NCBI GenBank assembly: GCA_951406725.2
Contig: OX597823.1
Location: 67,642,001 to 67,706,000 of the forward strand
From: Octopus vulgaris
Lineage: Eukaryota
Reading direction: 5' to 3'
DNA length: 64,000 nt
How positions within the stretch are numbered: the first letter of the stretch is position 1; each line of letters starts with the position of its first letter. The position numbers were made by a program, and so were the translations under genes. Below are positions 1 to 13,367 of this stretch, one piece after another. Under the pieces are notes generated by a model, which did no database searches, was not told the origin of the DNA, and worked only from the letters and a program-made list of their open reading frames with translations.

Positions 1-230
1 TAAGCAAACCACTTAATTCTCCATTTTTTAACAATTCACAAATTTCCTTCATAACACTTTCATAGCTTCAATGTTCTATAAATGGAACATGAGGCATCTT
101 TCTTTAGCATTTCATTTCAAAAGCCATGATCTTTTTTTCTCACTTTCAGTATCCAATATCCATGATGTACATCCATAAAAAGTTGTTGAAATGATTGCTG
201 CTCTTCAAAAAGAAATTAATGCATTTTTGT
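1..230 (-). pseudogene. Old RTE-type LINE RT C-terminal remnant
   Basis: Minus-strand LRAAIISTTFYGCTSWILDTESEK..IMAFEMKC*RR resembles the RTE motif LYGCESW...AFEMKC.RR. Confidence 0.55.
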
Positions 231-516
231 TGTTATTTTCCTCTTTTTAGATTTCCAAATGAAATAAGACATAACTTGAAAATTTGCAAAAACTCATAAA
301 TAAAGAAGTCTTCAATTATTCTTGCAGAAATATAGCCCTTTTTTTTTATCTCCAGATCCTTGCAAAATCTCTGACTACAAGCTAACCCTCTCATATGGTT
401 GCTTTCAAAACTTGTCCTATTAGTTTGAAGCCAAAATCATATATGTATATATGTATATATGTATATATTTTAAATGATTGATACAGAAGACAGAGTACAG
501 CTAGAAGCTTTATTAG

Positions 517-618
517 CACAACAATCATCTCAGCTTCGTTCTGCACTGCTCCCTAGTGGATGTGGGACGATGTAATGACATCAGATGCAACACACAGTGC
601 AGGGAGCTTCATCAGGTA
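517..618 (-). ncRNA. Degenerate hammerhead motif (mirror copy of 1505-1598)
   Basis: CTGATGA is retained (615-609) but GAAA is mutated to GAGA and stem III is altered. Confidence 0.4.
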
Positions 619-1504
619 ATGTAACATGCTTCAAAAGTTATAAGATTTACATTTCGTTTTCACTCCAAGATTGTATGCTGGTGGTGAGTTGCTAGCAGTT
701 CAGGCACATTTTGGTGAAGTGAGGAAGTTGTGGTCAGGAAGTTTTTGATAAAAAAGTAAAGAAAATAAAGAATCTAAAGTAAATGGGGGGGGGGGGTGCT
801 AAAAAAATTAAAAATACAAAAGAATGTAATGTAAATGGGGGTGGGTTTTATGGTATTGAATTCTTGACCACACTGTTGTGATGTTGTTGTTGTTGTTAAG
901 CAACAAGACAGGTAAGGGTGATTAGGTGATGGTCTAGGGCTTAGGGGCGGGAGACCCCAGACCTTGGAAAAAAAAAAACTTTGGTCGTCTTGTTGTAGTT
1001 GAGGGCTCTTCGTTGACACCCGACACCACTGGGAGGTGGCCCTCAAAGTCACTGGAAATAGAGATTTCCAGGTCCAAATTCTTGAATGGCCACTATTGTG
1101 CTTGACCGCCCTAGCCAGCCAACAAAAGTCTCCACAGCTATAGGAGTTCAATCCAATGCCTTAAACACACACGCACACACATGCCATTTACATTACATTC
1201 ATTATATTTTTATTACTTTTTTATCAACCACTTCTTCACTACAACTATAAAAACATACCACACATTTACTTTAGACCCTTTATTTTTTTTATCAACAACA
1301 TCACAACATCATCACTTCACCAAAATGTGTCTGAACTGCTAGCTTGTTCAATTGCCCCTCCTTCTAAAATAATGTCTAATCTGAATCTTTTTGAACATAA
1401 TAATGCTCTGAACTGAGAGAGTCTGTGTGCTTGCAATTTAGCCAACATCTAATCTTGGAGTGAAAACAAAATGTAAATCTTAAAACATTTGAAACATGTT
1501 ACAT

Positions 1505-1598
1505 CACCTGATGAGGTTCCCTGCACTGTGCATTGCATCTAATATCATCCCACACCCACTATGGAGCACTGCAAAATGAAGCTGAAACAATTGTTGTG
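1505..1598 (+). ncRNA. Hammerhead ribozyme motif with long stem II insertion
   Basis: CAC-CTGATGA(1508-1514)-GGTTC...GAAGCT-GAAA(1584-1587)-CAATTG-TT-GTG, with palindromic ACAATTGT. Stems I and II are short or imperfect. Confidence 0.55.
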
Positions 1599-1876
1599 CT
1601 AAATAAAGCTTCTAGTTACACTCCATCTTCTGTATCAATCATATAAAATATATCTAACGTGCACCTAGGAATTCCAGACATAGATTCAGTAACGAATGCA
1701 CAGTAACACTGATGATACCTGGTAGCCATAAGTGATGAATGTGCTCCACAGGCACACTATCTGGGACTTACCTGAAACAAGGTTTGGATACTGAATTTAA
1801 TGCCTCCTTTCTAAACCATAATTTTGAATTTAACTGGCGTGTGTGTATGTATACATACATACATATATATATATAA

Positions 1877-2060
1877 TTAATCCAAACAAGAAAGCACAAA
1901 AAAACACAACAACGTGAGGACGTGGAACAAATATAGTATTATTGGACACTCAGGAAAGAAGGAGGGTTTAACGTTTCGAGCGGAGCTCTTCGTCGGAAAC
2001 ATAGAAGGAAAGATCCAGAGAAGGGAAGACAGAGGAAAACAAAAATCGCCAACGGTACAC
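1877..2060 (-). mobile_element. Short Penelope-derived repeat with variant minimal hammerhead (2000-1966)
   Basis: Minus strand reads GTTT-CCGACGA-A-GAGC-TCC-GCTC-GAAA-CG-TT-AAAC, with palindromic AACGTT. Flanked by (TA)/(CA) repeats. Confidence 0.55.
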
Positions 2061-2107
2061 ATACATATACAAACATATATATATATATATATACACACAC
2101 ATTTATG

Positions 2108-2475
2108 GGTGCAGGAATGGCTGTGTGGTAAGTAGCTTGCTTACCAACTACATGGTTCTGGGTTCCATCCTACTGCATTGCACCTTTGGTAAATGTCTTC
2201 TACTATAGCCTCAGGCTGACCAAAGCCTTGTGAGTGGATTTGGTAGATGGAAACTGAAAGAAGCTCATCGTATATATGTATACTTATGTTTGTGTGTCTG
2301 TATTCGTCACCCCAACATCGCTGGTGTGTTTACATCCTCGTAACTTAGCAGTTCAGCAAAAGAGACCAATAGAATAAGTACTAGGCTTACAAAGAATAAG
2401 TCCTGGGGTCAATTTGTTCAACTAAAGGCAGTGCTCCAGCATAGCCATAGTCAAATGATTGAAACAAATAAAAGA
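2108..2475 (+). mobile_element. tRNA-derived octopus SINE, family 1
   Basis: TGGCTGTGTGGTAAG A box, GGTTC B box, AAGCCTTGTGAGTGGATTTGGTAGA body, internal microsatellite. Other copies at ~7505-7890(+), 8735-9150(-), 15010-15740(-), 25445-26150(-), 26865-27170(+), 32163-32930(+), 42620-42910(+), 42915-43315(-). Confidence 0.85.
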
Positions 2476-2749
2476 ATATATTTACACACACACACACACA
2501 CATATATACATACAGATACATGTATATGAGAGAGAGAGAGAGAGAGAGATCTATATACGTGTATATTATTGTTTAGCTCCAGATCCTCCTAGTTAAGCAG
2601 AACTACAATCAATGGGATTCCAACCATGATCCTTCCTCTTTTTCAAGCAGTGTATTCATGACTATATTTATCTTATATGTGCTTGAGAAAAAAGAAAAAT
2701 AGTATGCAATATAAAGGAAATTTTGCTGCTATTACTAGCAGGTTTAAGG

Positions 2750-3140
2750 ACCACATAGAAGTTCTTTTGTTGCCTCCTTAGGCCAGAATGGAAACCAACA
2801 AAAAAGACACATTTCTAGAAAAATATTTGGGTGAGAAACAAGAAGCTTGTTGGTGGAAGTTGGAGTCAAGGGTTTACAGGTTGTACCCTGGGTAAGGCCT
2901 ATGGAATGCTTGATGTTACATGATTGAGCAGAAGTATCAGGAACAGCATAGAGGCCTTTGAGAGAACATCTAGGTGGCTCTGGCTGAAAAGATGTGATTG
3001 GTGAGGTTAGTAGAATGCTGCTTGAACTCAAGCCAAGGCTTGTTCAATCTATCTCTGTTTTCCTGGATGAGGGTGTATGTTGAAAGACTCTGAATCACCC
3101 AATGACTCCAGGATACAAGACTAGTGTTACATCTGTAGAT
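2750..3140 (+). pseudogene. Hero/NeSL-type (RLE) non-LTR retrotransposon 3' end remnant
   Basis: VEVGVKGF...TLGKAYGML....EAFERTSRWLWLKR across frameshifts, followed by 3'UTR-like sequence. Confidence 0.6.
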
Positions 3141-3711
3141 GCATGCTGAACCATGAACTAACCATTTGTTGGTTTTGAGAATTTTCATAGCTACCTTAGC
3201 TGTCAGCAAACTGGGTGATGATTAGTAATGATCCATGATAGTCATACCGACTGTGTACATTAGGGCTTACAGCAAATTCTGTGTGATTTAGTGTACATAT
3301 AGCATTCAATGGTCTGTCCTCACATTCCACATTGATTCATTTTAGATTATGTCAGGTTTATAATACAAGCATTTCTAACTAGTTACCCTCACAAACTATT
3401 ATATCCTAATGAGCTGGTTCTCTTTGCAGAATCTGGTAAAGAGTTAACAAAAAAAAGACCCTATACCAGCAGAAATGATCTCCAAACCAAAAATCTAGAG
3501 AAGTCTACTTCTTCAGCCCCCTCTTCTATTTCCATAAGGGACAGTTTACAACGTAAGAGATGTTCCCTTAACAATGGTTAATCCACTTTCACCACTGGCC
3601 CCTATCCATGGCCAAGTCCTCAGCTTCACCAAATCTAACACTGTACCATGTTAGATCAACATTAACTTAGCAAATGCATGTCTTTTACGAAAGTTCAATA
3701 GGATAAGGTAC

Positions 3712-3938
3712 TACATTATTTACATTTGACGGATATTTGTCCTCAGCTTGTTTGTTGTTAACACAATGTTTCGGCTGATATATCCTCCAGCCTTCAAGTG
3801 TCTTGGGGAAATTTCGAACCTGGGTTCTCATTTCTAAGGTATTTTTTGATGTTGTTACTATTATTATTATTCAGGTCACTGCTTGGAATCGAACTCGGAA
3901 TCTTGGGGCTAATAGCCTACACTCTTAACCACTACGCC
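3712..3938 (-). mobile_element. tRNA-headed SINE with hammerhead-like 3' part
   Basis: A box GGCGTAGTGGTTAAG and B box GAGTTCGATTC, an (AAT)n spacer, then ACAC-TTGA-A-GGCTG...CAGCC-GAAA-CA-TT-GTGT (3801-3761). Confidence 0.6.
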
Positions 3939-6044
3939 ATATGGTGTGATTTGAAGGAAACTATTTCATGGTCTCTTTTTTTAGTTTTTGGCACTTTATT
4001 TTTATCAGTTAGAATATGCTGAAATAAAAGAAATCACAACTTCTGGCACAATAAACAATTATAAAAAACAACATGGATATTGTCAAATAATTTTTATTTA
4101 TACTAAAATAGACATTCACTGAATACAAATTGTTTTGTATGAAGGACAAAAAGAAAGAAAATCATTATGCTATTTAGAGTCTAAAATGAAGGCTTATATT
4201 ATTCAAACATTAGTAATTATTTGATGCTTGTGTATATGAAGTTTTGGAGATATAAGTTTTCTACAATGTATCAGGTGTAATTTACTTTAAATATATTCTA
4301 AAAAAATATTCATGAATACAAATAACCAGCTATGATATTTAATAACATCACTACTAAAATCCAATCTTGATAAATAATAGCCAAAACTGAAATTATTAGA
4401 ACATGCACAAGGAAATAACATATTATTGGAATTTCTAATTATGGGAAATATAGGCAAATGGCTATAATATATGCAATTTTTTTTTTCAAATATGAGAAAT
4501 TATAATTATATTTATTGAAAAAAAATTTTAAACTTTGAAACCTCACTTAAGGTATTCCCAAATTTGAACAAGTTTAAAATAAAAACTTATTTTATTATTT
4601 CTGATATGATTTAATTATTCTACAAGTACAACAAAAATATTGAAAATAAGAAGAGAATTTTTAAAAAATTTATTTTTTGTTTTACATTAAAAATTCAATC
4701 ACTTTTTTTTTTTTATTAATTGGTAAAACAGAAATATTTCCATATACTGAAGCTGAGTAAAACTATAATAAAATTAAAATAATAGATAAAGGGATTGAAT
4801 GAAGATATTCCCTAACTGAAATTAATATTAGAATTTTATATATATATATATTAGTGTACATCTAAATTTCCAGGCTAATATGGATCGAATGGTTGTTTTA
4901 TTGGAGTAAATTGATTTCCCAGCTGGATGGTGCCTTCCTGTGACAATCACGCAATATTGAAACAGGATTGGAACTTGGAGAAACCATTAATTTTTTCCTA
5001 TTCTGTTTTGGTTAAATTCCTAAACTTCCAAACAACTTGTTTTCCAATGATCACATTTGTAATGTTTATGTACATGTGTACATGTTTGGATTTGAACTAC
5101 TGGCTAATTGTTATTTCATGCAAGGCTCAAATAAAGAACATTGGAGACAGGCATGAAAGAAAGAAGAAAAAAAAATAACAAGCCGAACCAGAGCACATGA
5201 ACATAAATATGACAAATAAGGATCTGAAGACAAATGGGAATGAAATTATTGGAAATGGGAACTACCAAATCATAAACAGAATCAATGCGATTAGGGTATT
5301 AAAATATTATTCCCATTAATATTAACAACTGTTTTCAATTTAGGTACAAAACTGGCAGTTTTGAGGGAAGGAATTAGCTAATGCAATTTACTCTAATACT
5401 TGACAGGTATTTTGTCATCAATCTTGGAGAGATGAAAGATAAATTTGATTTCAGCAAGGAAAATAAAGAGCCAAGAAGAAAAACTGTTCCTTCCGATAAC
5501 ACTAATGGTTCCGCCAGCTTCCAACATTTTTTAATACTAATAATTTATAACATACACACACAAGACCTCATATTTGGAGTTAGGGGTTAATCGGTTTAAA
5601 TCTATCTCAATATTTGACTGGGGCTTTATTTTGTTGATCCAAGGGGAATGAAAGGCAAAATTGACCTTGGTGGGATTTTAACATATTGTGATCTACAGAC
5701 AACATTGTAACTCAGTTACAGTCAATGTGCCTCTATCAATCAAACTGAAATTTTCATCAGAACCAACAACAAAAAATAAATTTAAAAAATCTTATGTCTG
5801 AGTTTAAATGCTAATTCCAGAATTATATTTTTTAATTTTATTTTTGTATTTATTTATTTTGTAGCTTCAGTTTTGTTTTATGAAAATGTCTCAGATTTAG
5901 CAAGTGAAAATATTCAATCAACTATTTAAAAAAATAATAAATAAATAACAATAAAAGAACTGAATCAAAATTCCTTTCCATAATTTAAACAGATTGTGTT
6001 AGAAAAGTATAAACCTGTCATTTTTACTCTTAAATCAATTGTAA

Positions 6045-6045
<1 letters not shown>

Positions 6046-6103
<58 letters not shown>
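6046..6103. repeat. (AAT)n microsatellite in the probable 3'UTR
   Basis: Seen directly, ~85 nt downstream of the stop codon. Confidence 0.95.
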
Positions 6104-6104
<1 letters not shown>

Positions 6105-6185
6105 CTTCGCCGTCAACATAATCAGGATTATTAATACTTTTACATTGTAAAATTCCTCTTTTGTTATTTATATACTCAATGGACC

Positions 6186-6345
6186 TCATTCTCTGATGGA
6201 TTTTTTAATCTTTTCCAAAATTCCACGGAAAAAGTCTTCAATTACTTGTCCAATGCTTTCTGTTCTTTCTCGTAGCCAATCAGAAAACTGTGTTGCTCTA
6301 CGAGATAAGCAGCTTCCGGATGTCTTCAAGACTTTTGACCACATT
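6186..6345 (-). CDS. Stanniocalcin-like protein, last coding exon C (K-MWSKVLKTSGSCLSRRATQFSDWLRERTESIGQVIEDFFRGILEKIKKSIRE*)
   Basis: TTACAG acceptor. AA|A joins exon B in frame to give Lys. TGA stop at 6188-6186. Supplies the 10th Cys. Confidence 0.85.
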
Positions 6346-6769
6346 CTGTAATCATAAAGGGGAAAAATACATTTTGAATATAATATCAAAACAAAGGACT
6401 GGGAAAATTTGGTGTATTTTTAATTCTGTGTTACATATGTTTCATTACAGAGTAGGAATTACAACTGTATATGCATAGAAAAACATGTATAGGGCCTCCT
6501 ATCTGTAATTCGTCAAAGATTAATAAATAAAACAAAATTACACTGGACAAGACTGCAATTTGTAGCATTAATCAGCAGAATACTGAGAGAGAGAGAGAAA
6601 GAAAACAGAAAAGATGTATAATATAGCAATTATATTAAAAGAATAAATCACTAAAACACTCTGTAATGTTATAGACATGCAGTTAGAACCAGTTTTGCCT
6701 AGTGTTATGTCGTGAGTTGTGCACAAGGATGTAAGAATAGCATCACCCAAATAAATATTTGGATATGAA

Positions 6770-7080
6770 CACAATTGCAGCATCGAAGGTGATTATAAGC
6801 CATTTAAGAAACACACAAAAGCCGTTAGATTCACTTTAACAATTAAATTTAATTTTCCAAGATATTTTCAGTGCTTTGAGATATTTTCGTACTCAGTGAA
6901 CAGGTGGCGGTCTGAAAGTGACGAAAATATTTTGACAAATTAAATTTAAATGTTGAAGTGAATCTAATGGTTTTTGTGTGTTTCTTAAATGGCTTATAAA
7001 CACCTTCCATGCTGCAGTTGTTTTCGTTCCAGCACACGATCTCAGATCAGGTCACTTGCTATGCAAGTACATCTCTGTAA
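6770..7080. repeat. Inverted-repeat element (~110-bp arms) with 3' tail
   Basis: ~6772-6870 is the reverse complement of ~6920-7022. Confidence 0.75.
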
Positions 7081-9373
7081 TATTTGGAATTGGTTATCTA
7101 GAATAACTTTTTGCAGAATTAATATGTTCACACAGAATGAACTCCGTACTACTCCAAAACATAGTTTTGATATTAAACTAACACGGTAACCAATACAGAC
7201 AATCAACGCTGTTAACTGTACTGTTGTTAAGTACAAACAGTTCACAGTTTCTTTATTTTATTGAAATGCATTAGTTCACTTTCAGTCATGTGGCGATGGT
7301 CAAGATCCTTCTAGGTTTATTAATAGCTAAACTAAATACATCTCCGTATGAACTCATATTTTGGATAAATTAGTACCAACCTTCACTTTATCCAGGAATG
7401 GTGATTCACTCAGAATTGTTACATCTAAGCTATTGATTTTTATAAAAATACTAAAAGAAAAAACTAAGATCTTTGTTACAAGTATGCAGAAAAAAAAAAG
7501 CTAAGTGCAGACATGGCTGTGTGATAAAAAGTCCATTTCCCAACCATGTGGTTTGTGGTTCAGTCTCATTGTGTGACACCTTGAGCAAGTGTCTTCTACA
7601 ATAGCCTTGAACTGACCAAAACCTTGTGAAAGGATATGGTAGACAGAAAGTGAAAGAAGCCTCTGTGTGTGTGTGTGTGTGCCTTTGTATTTGACTCCAC
7701 CACTACTTGACAACTGGTGCTGGTTTGTTTACATCCCCATGAGTTAGCAATTTATCAAAAGAGATTGCTAGATTAAGTACCAGGGTTAAAAAAAACTGTG
7801 GGGTTGATTTGTTTGACTAAAACCTTCAAGGCAGTGCTTTAACATGGACACAGTCTAAGATTGAAGCAAATAAAAGCCAGAAGACAAAAACCCATTTCAT
7901 ATGCTGTATTTTGTATTCCATGTAAATATATGCTTTAATCTTGTGTTAATTTGCCTTTTTATTTACATTTACCTTTATAAGAAGATAAAGGTTTTATTAA
8001 TCTTACATGCTAGTGTTCTGAATGAAGTGAAATGCTTGAGCTTTTTAGTAATAATAATCCATCAATGAATGGAAAAGTCTACTGACTTGAGAGATGGCAA
8101 ACTTAAATCAAAATCCACCTGGCCACAGGTGCCTTAGTAGAGTCCACTCTGTTACAACATTTAAGCCAAATCTCTAATCTGAGGGTGATTTTCTCTCATC
8201 TGTTTTGGAGGCCCTGAAAAGAGGTGTGAGCACCAACATTCTTACTCTATTTTAACCAGGCATAAACAACTGCCTTCAAGAAGTGGGGCACTTGACTCAT
8301 TGTCAAAAGTGCTGCACTATTATAAAAAAACTCAAGGTAATTTTTAATCAGGCAAGCCATTCAGAAAGTACCACAAATTGCATGCAGCCTGTCCATGACT
8401 GATCTGAATTATATTCTTTAAAAAATGGAATTTGAGATGTTCAAACTTTTCCCAAAATTATGAGCTACGACAGAAAAATCAACCCTACATTACTAATATA
8501 AGTAGCATATCTAGTGTAACCTGGTTACAGCATAGGTCATGGTTTGCCCAAAACAGCTGTTGAGATAAGACTATTATCTAATTCCTTTCATTTATTTTGT
8601 ATTGTTTATTCTACACTCTGTATTTTATATTACATATACATAAGCCTAATTGTGCCAACCATATAAGCAAATATATTTACTATGTAATCATCATCATCAT
8701 AATCATCACCACTATTAAATTAATCTATCTTTCATTTTCCATTTGTTTCAATCATTGGACTGCAGTCATGCAGGGGCATTTCCTCGAAGTCTTTTGTCAA
8801 ACAAATTGATCCCAATAGTTATATTTTAAGCTTGGTACTCATTCTATTGGTCTCCTTTTGCCGAACTGTTAAGTTACAGGGACGTAAAGAAACCAACACT
8901 GGTTGTCAAGCAGTGGGGTGGAGTGAACAAACACATAGAGATGCATGCACATGCATATATATATATAATACATATACATATATATATATATACACACACG
9001 TGACTTTTATTTTCCATTTTCCAAATCCACTCACAAGGCTTCGAGCAGCCTAGGGCTATAAGTAGAAGACTCTTGCCCAAGGTACTGCAAAGTGAGATTG
9101 AACCTGAACATAAATGGTTGGGACACAAACTTTTTACAACACAACCACACGCTGGTATGTATCAAACAGCTCTACAACACACCATCTGTCCATGCCCTTT
9201 GACCTTTTATAATCTCACTATTTTATAAGGCTTTATGGCTCAAAGTTATATCTAATTTTTTAGAAGACTTCCTAGCATTAACTTTAACCTAAGGCACCAT
9301 CTACCACCAACTTGAACACTTTCCCAAACATCTAACATGTATCATCCCTTCCAACTATTTGTCTATGCCAGAA

Positions 9374-9417
<44 letters not shown>

Positions 9418-9769
9418 ATAGACCTGCCATATTTTTATATACCAAATAACTTTTAATAATTCAATTATGTACAGTCTTTCTTGTAAGTTAATGTTGTACA
9501 TCTAATTTGTTTTGACATGTATTTGGTCAGTCTACTGATACTTTCAGCTAATCTCTTAGCTATGCACATGAATGAATATGTGCACTCACTTCACCTTCTG
9601 TGATGCACATTGTATACTATCACAACGTTACCATTTGAGAACTCTCTCAGATAAAGAATACAGGCCAGAAAGAATTGGTCATATCAATGAACTACCAACG
9701 AAAACTCATAGACACATGCGACATAATAATTCAACTACTTGTTCCAATCCTGTACAACATACTCGATCA

Positions 9770-10370
9770 AATAAACCTAACAACAGATATAAGAATCAGG
9801 ATGTCCTCTGGTTCAATCTGATTTTCGGTTTGCATGTTTCAACCAAGATCGCTGGAAAATTTTTTGCTGCTTTGGACAAGTGTTTTCCTAAATCTAATCG
9901 GTAACATGCTATTTTTAATTGACACACCGTGAAGGTATCCTAAGCCACCTCTACTAATTTAGAGCAGCTTATGCTTTGCATAAACAATAGCAAAATGCAG
10001 CAAAGTTTCAATAACCCACCGACTGGATCTAGCAAATATTTGCAGCTAAATACCAACCAAGGAGATGTAAACTGCATTGATAAACACCATCTGGGACCAA
10101 TTTGTAGTAGTAGAAATACTTATGATACAGCTAGCATGGTAACAACACCGGTAAACGGAGTCAGGACTGCTTTATATACAAATTAATATAATAAATGCTC
10201 ATGCAGAGAAAAATTAAAATGTCCTTTGATGAATCTCTGTATGAGTACAAATCTTGTATATAAATGTACTATGCACACAAGGGGAGGGCCCTATGTTTAC
10301 ATTGGGCAAATGGCTGATTCATTTAAGAATCATTATCGTAACATGTTGCCAGCTTTAAGAAATGAATAAG
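9770..10370 (+). pseudogene. Penelope-like element remnant (RT-thumb/linker and GIY-YIG endonuclease)
   Basis: Translates to VLWFN..VSTKIAGKFFAALDKCFPKSNR*HAIFN*HTVKVS, then CSCREKLKCPL..C..NLVYKC....YVYIGQ..SFKNHY. Multiple stops. Confidence 0.8.
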
Positions 10371-12468
10371 AGATATTCAACATCTGTGGCAGATTTTGCA
10401 TGGCGACTGAAGGAGGATAAAATGAAGTACAGCATTAATTGGTATGTGACCGTGCTTTACTAGTAAGATACCAGGTATATACCATTCCTTTTATTGTACA
10501 TACATACATACGTACGTGCTAGTGCTGTGTGAACACTATAAATGAGTAACCCTGCAACAGACTAGCATTCCCATTCAGTGACAGTGTTGTGATCTTGAGT
10601 CATTTATATACCATAGTGAAGGCTCATGGCTAAGTGGTTAGAGCGTTACACTCACAATCATGAAGTAGTGAGTCTGATTGCCAGACCAGGCTGTGTATTG
10701 TGTTCTTAAGCAAGACACTTTATTTCGCATTGCTCCAGTTCACTCAGCTGTTCAAATGAGTTGCAATGTCACTGGTAGCAAGCTGTAATGGCCTTTGCCT
10801 TTCCCTTGGACATCGGTGGCATCAAGAGGGGAGGTTGGTATACATGGGCAACTGCTGGTCTTCCATAAACAACCTTGTCTGGACTTGTACCTCAGAGGGT
10901 AACTTTCTAGGTGCAATCCCGCGATCATTCATGACTGAAGGGAGTCTTTTTACACATCTCAGAAATCAGGTGACTGGCCCTATGAACCCTAGGACTCAAG
11001 ACAATACTTATTTTTGTATTACATTTACCAGAAATATCCATATCTTTTGCTTCTTGGCCAATGAAGTCTATATGTGGTCACTCTGCTAAAAATAATAATT
11101 AAGTCTCTATCAAATCACAACCTATTATCTTAAAAAGAAAGTTGAAAGGAAAGCTACATTAAACAGTATTATGCGAAACAAAGAATCAAGAGTTCAATAA
11201 CCTAACTAGGTATTGTGTATTGATTATAAGGCTATAGGATCAAATCATGGAATGGTTAGCATGTTGCAGCTGTGTGCAAATTATTTCTTCTCATGTTGCC
11301 CAGTCTATTTGGCTGCAAATGAGTACCAAACTAGCACTGGTGCAGCACCTTTTGCCTCCATTTTTCAACTGAATACCTGTGAGTCATAAGACTCGATCAG
11401 GGCTTGCCTGGGGTTACAAGACAACAACAACAGCAACTACAACAACTACATAAAACACCAAAAGCAACAACTTCAGCAACATGAAAACTAACACAGAAGC
11501 AACAACAATAACAACCACCACCACTATCATCTACAACAACACATCGTATATGAAAATGTTTGCATACTTAAAAAGAACTTTGCGTGTAAATCTTATTAGA
11601 ATATATCAGAAAATATTGCACAACTTATCAAAGTTAATTGACTTTGAAGACATTTATTATCCAGTTTCCAAGTTTTATGGCTAATTTTAACAAAGGTTTT
11701 ATGTATTTAAACATTAAAATATGCCAAACATTGAAACAAAAAATATTTGTAGTTGTTGCTGATAAAAACTGATGGATTGTTGAGAGTGGGGAGTTAAATT
11801 GCCAGTTTTAAAGATTAATGAAATACAAAATTCTCTTTAAAATATTGATTTTGTTTTTAATACTGAAGAAGCAGAGCACAAAATTAAAAAGCAGAGGCAT
11901 GTATATAGTAAAGTGAGTAACTGTCTCCTCCCATCTTACATTGTTTGTGACTAGATGGTAATTATTTCGTAAAATGCTGGAGGTGGGGAAATGTGTAGTT
12001 AAACCTACGTAGGACTTGATCTAGGGATACAGAAAAAGAAAAGAAAAGATCAAAGGTCCTTCCCAAGCCATAGGTTCATAAGGCCAATTTCCTAGAGTCT
12101 GTGGTGTATATAATGACTCCCTGATTGGGACGCCAGTCTGCCATAAGACGAGTCAATTTTAACCAGCTGAACAGACTGGAGCATTGTGAAATAAAATGTA
12201 TTGCTTGGTCCAGGAACTGAAACCACACTCTTATGATCATGAGTGCAATAACCTGACCAATAAGCCATTTGCTTCCACAGAGATACAGATAGGAAAGAAC
12301 TAAAACATGTACACTGGAGCCCTGCTCTTATTTTTTTTATTTCCTTCACTCATCATCATGACTTTTTCTTTACTGTTTACAACATTATTATTAAATTTTG
12401 CAAGAGATTAAAAACAAGTTTGGACTGTATTTCTAGACTAAGAAAATACTATACATATAATCTGCAAT

Positions 12469-12494
12469 TATATATATATATATATAAATATACT

Positions 12495-12530
<36 letters not shown>

Positions 12531-12705
12531 CATACATACACACACACACATATATATATATACATACACACACACACACACATATATATATACATACACA
12601 CACACACACATATATACATACACACACACACACACATATATATACATACACACACACACACATATATATATACATACACACACACACACACATATATATA
12701 TATAC

Positions 12706-12798
<93 letters not shown>

Positions 12799-12805
12799 TA
12801 TATAC

Positions 12806-12860
<55 letters not shown>

Positions 12861-12927
12861 CATATATATATATACATACATATATATATACATACATATA
12901 TATATACATATATATATATATACATAC

Positions 12928-12990
<63 letters not shown>

Positions 12991-13012
12991 CATATATATA
13001 TATACATACATA

Positions 13013-13052
<40 letters not shown>

Positions 13053-13367
13053 CATACATATATATATATATACATACATACATATATATATATTTACATA
13101 CATATATATATATATATATACACACACATATATATATACATACACACACATATATATATACATACACACATATATATATATGTATATACATACATACATA
13201 CATATATATATACATACATATATACATATATATATACATACATACATATATATATATATACATACATACATATATATATATACATATATATATATACATA
13301 TATATATATATACATACATACATACATATATATATATACATACATACATACATATATATATATATAC
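12469..13367. repeat. ~900-bp compound (TA)n/(CA)n/(TACA)n microsatellite
   Basis: Seen directly; continues at 13742-13862 after the LINE insertion. Confidence 0.98.

Larger units (their letters stand above)
474..1642. mobile_element. Foldback Penelope-like derivative with ~200-bp inverted terminal arms, each carrying a hammerhead motif
   Basis: 474-672 is inverted against 1451-1642, with further inverted blocks at 691-722/1312-1343 and ~822-838/1184-1199. Confidence 0.7.

Noticed and set aside
774-1151. 125-aa ORF inside the foldback
   Set aside because: Low-complexity C-terminus, no recognisable domain, and located within a repeat.
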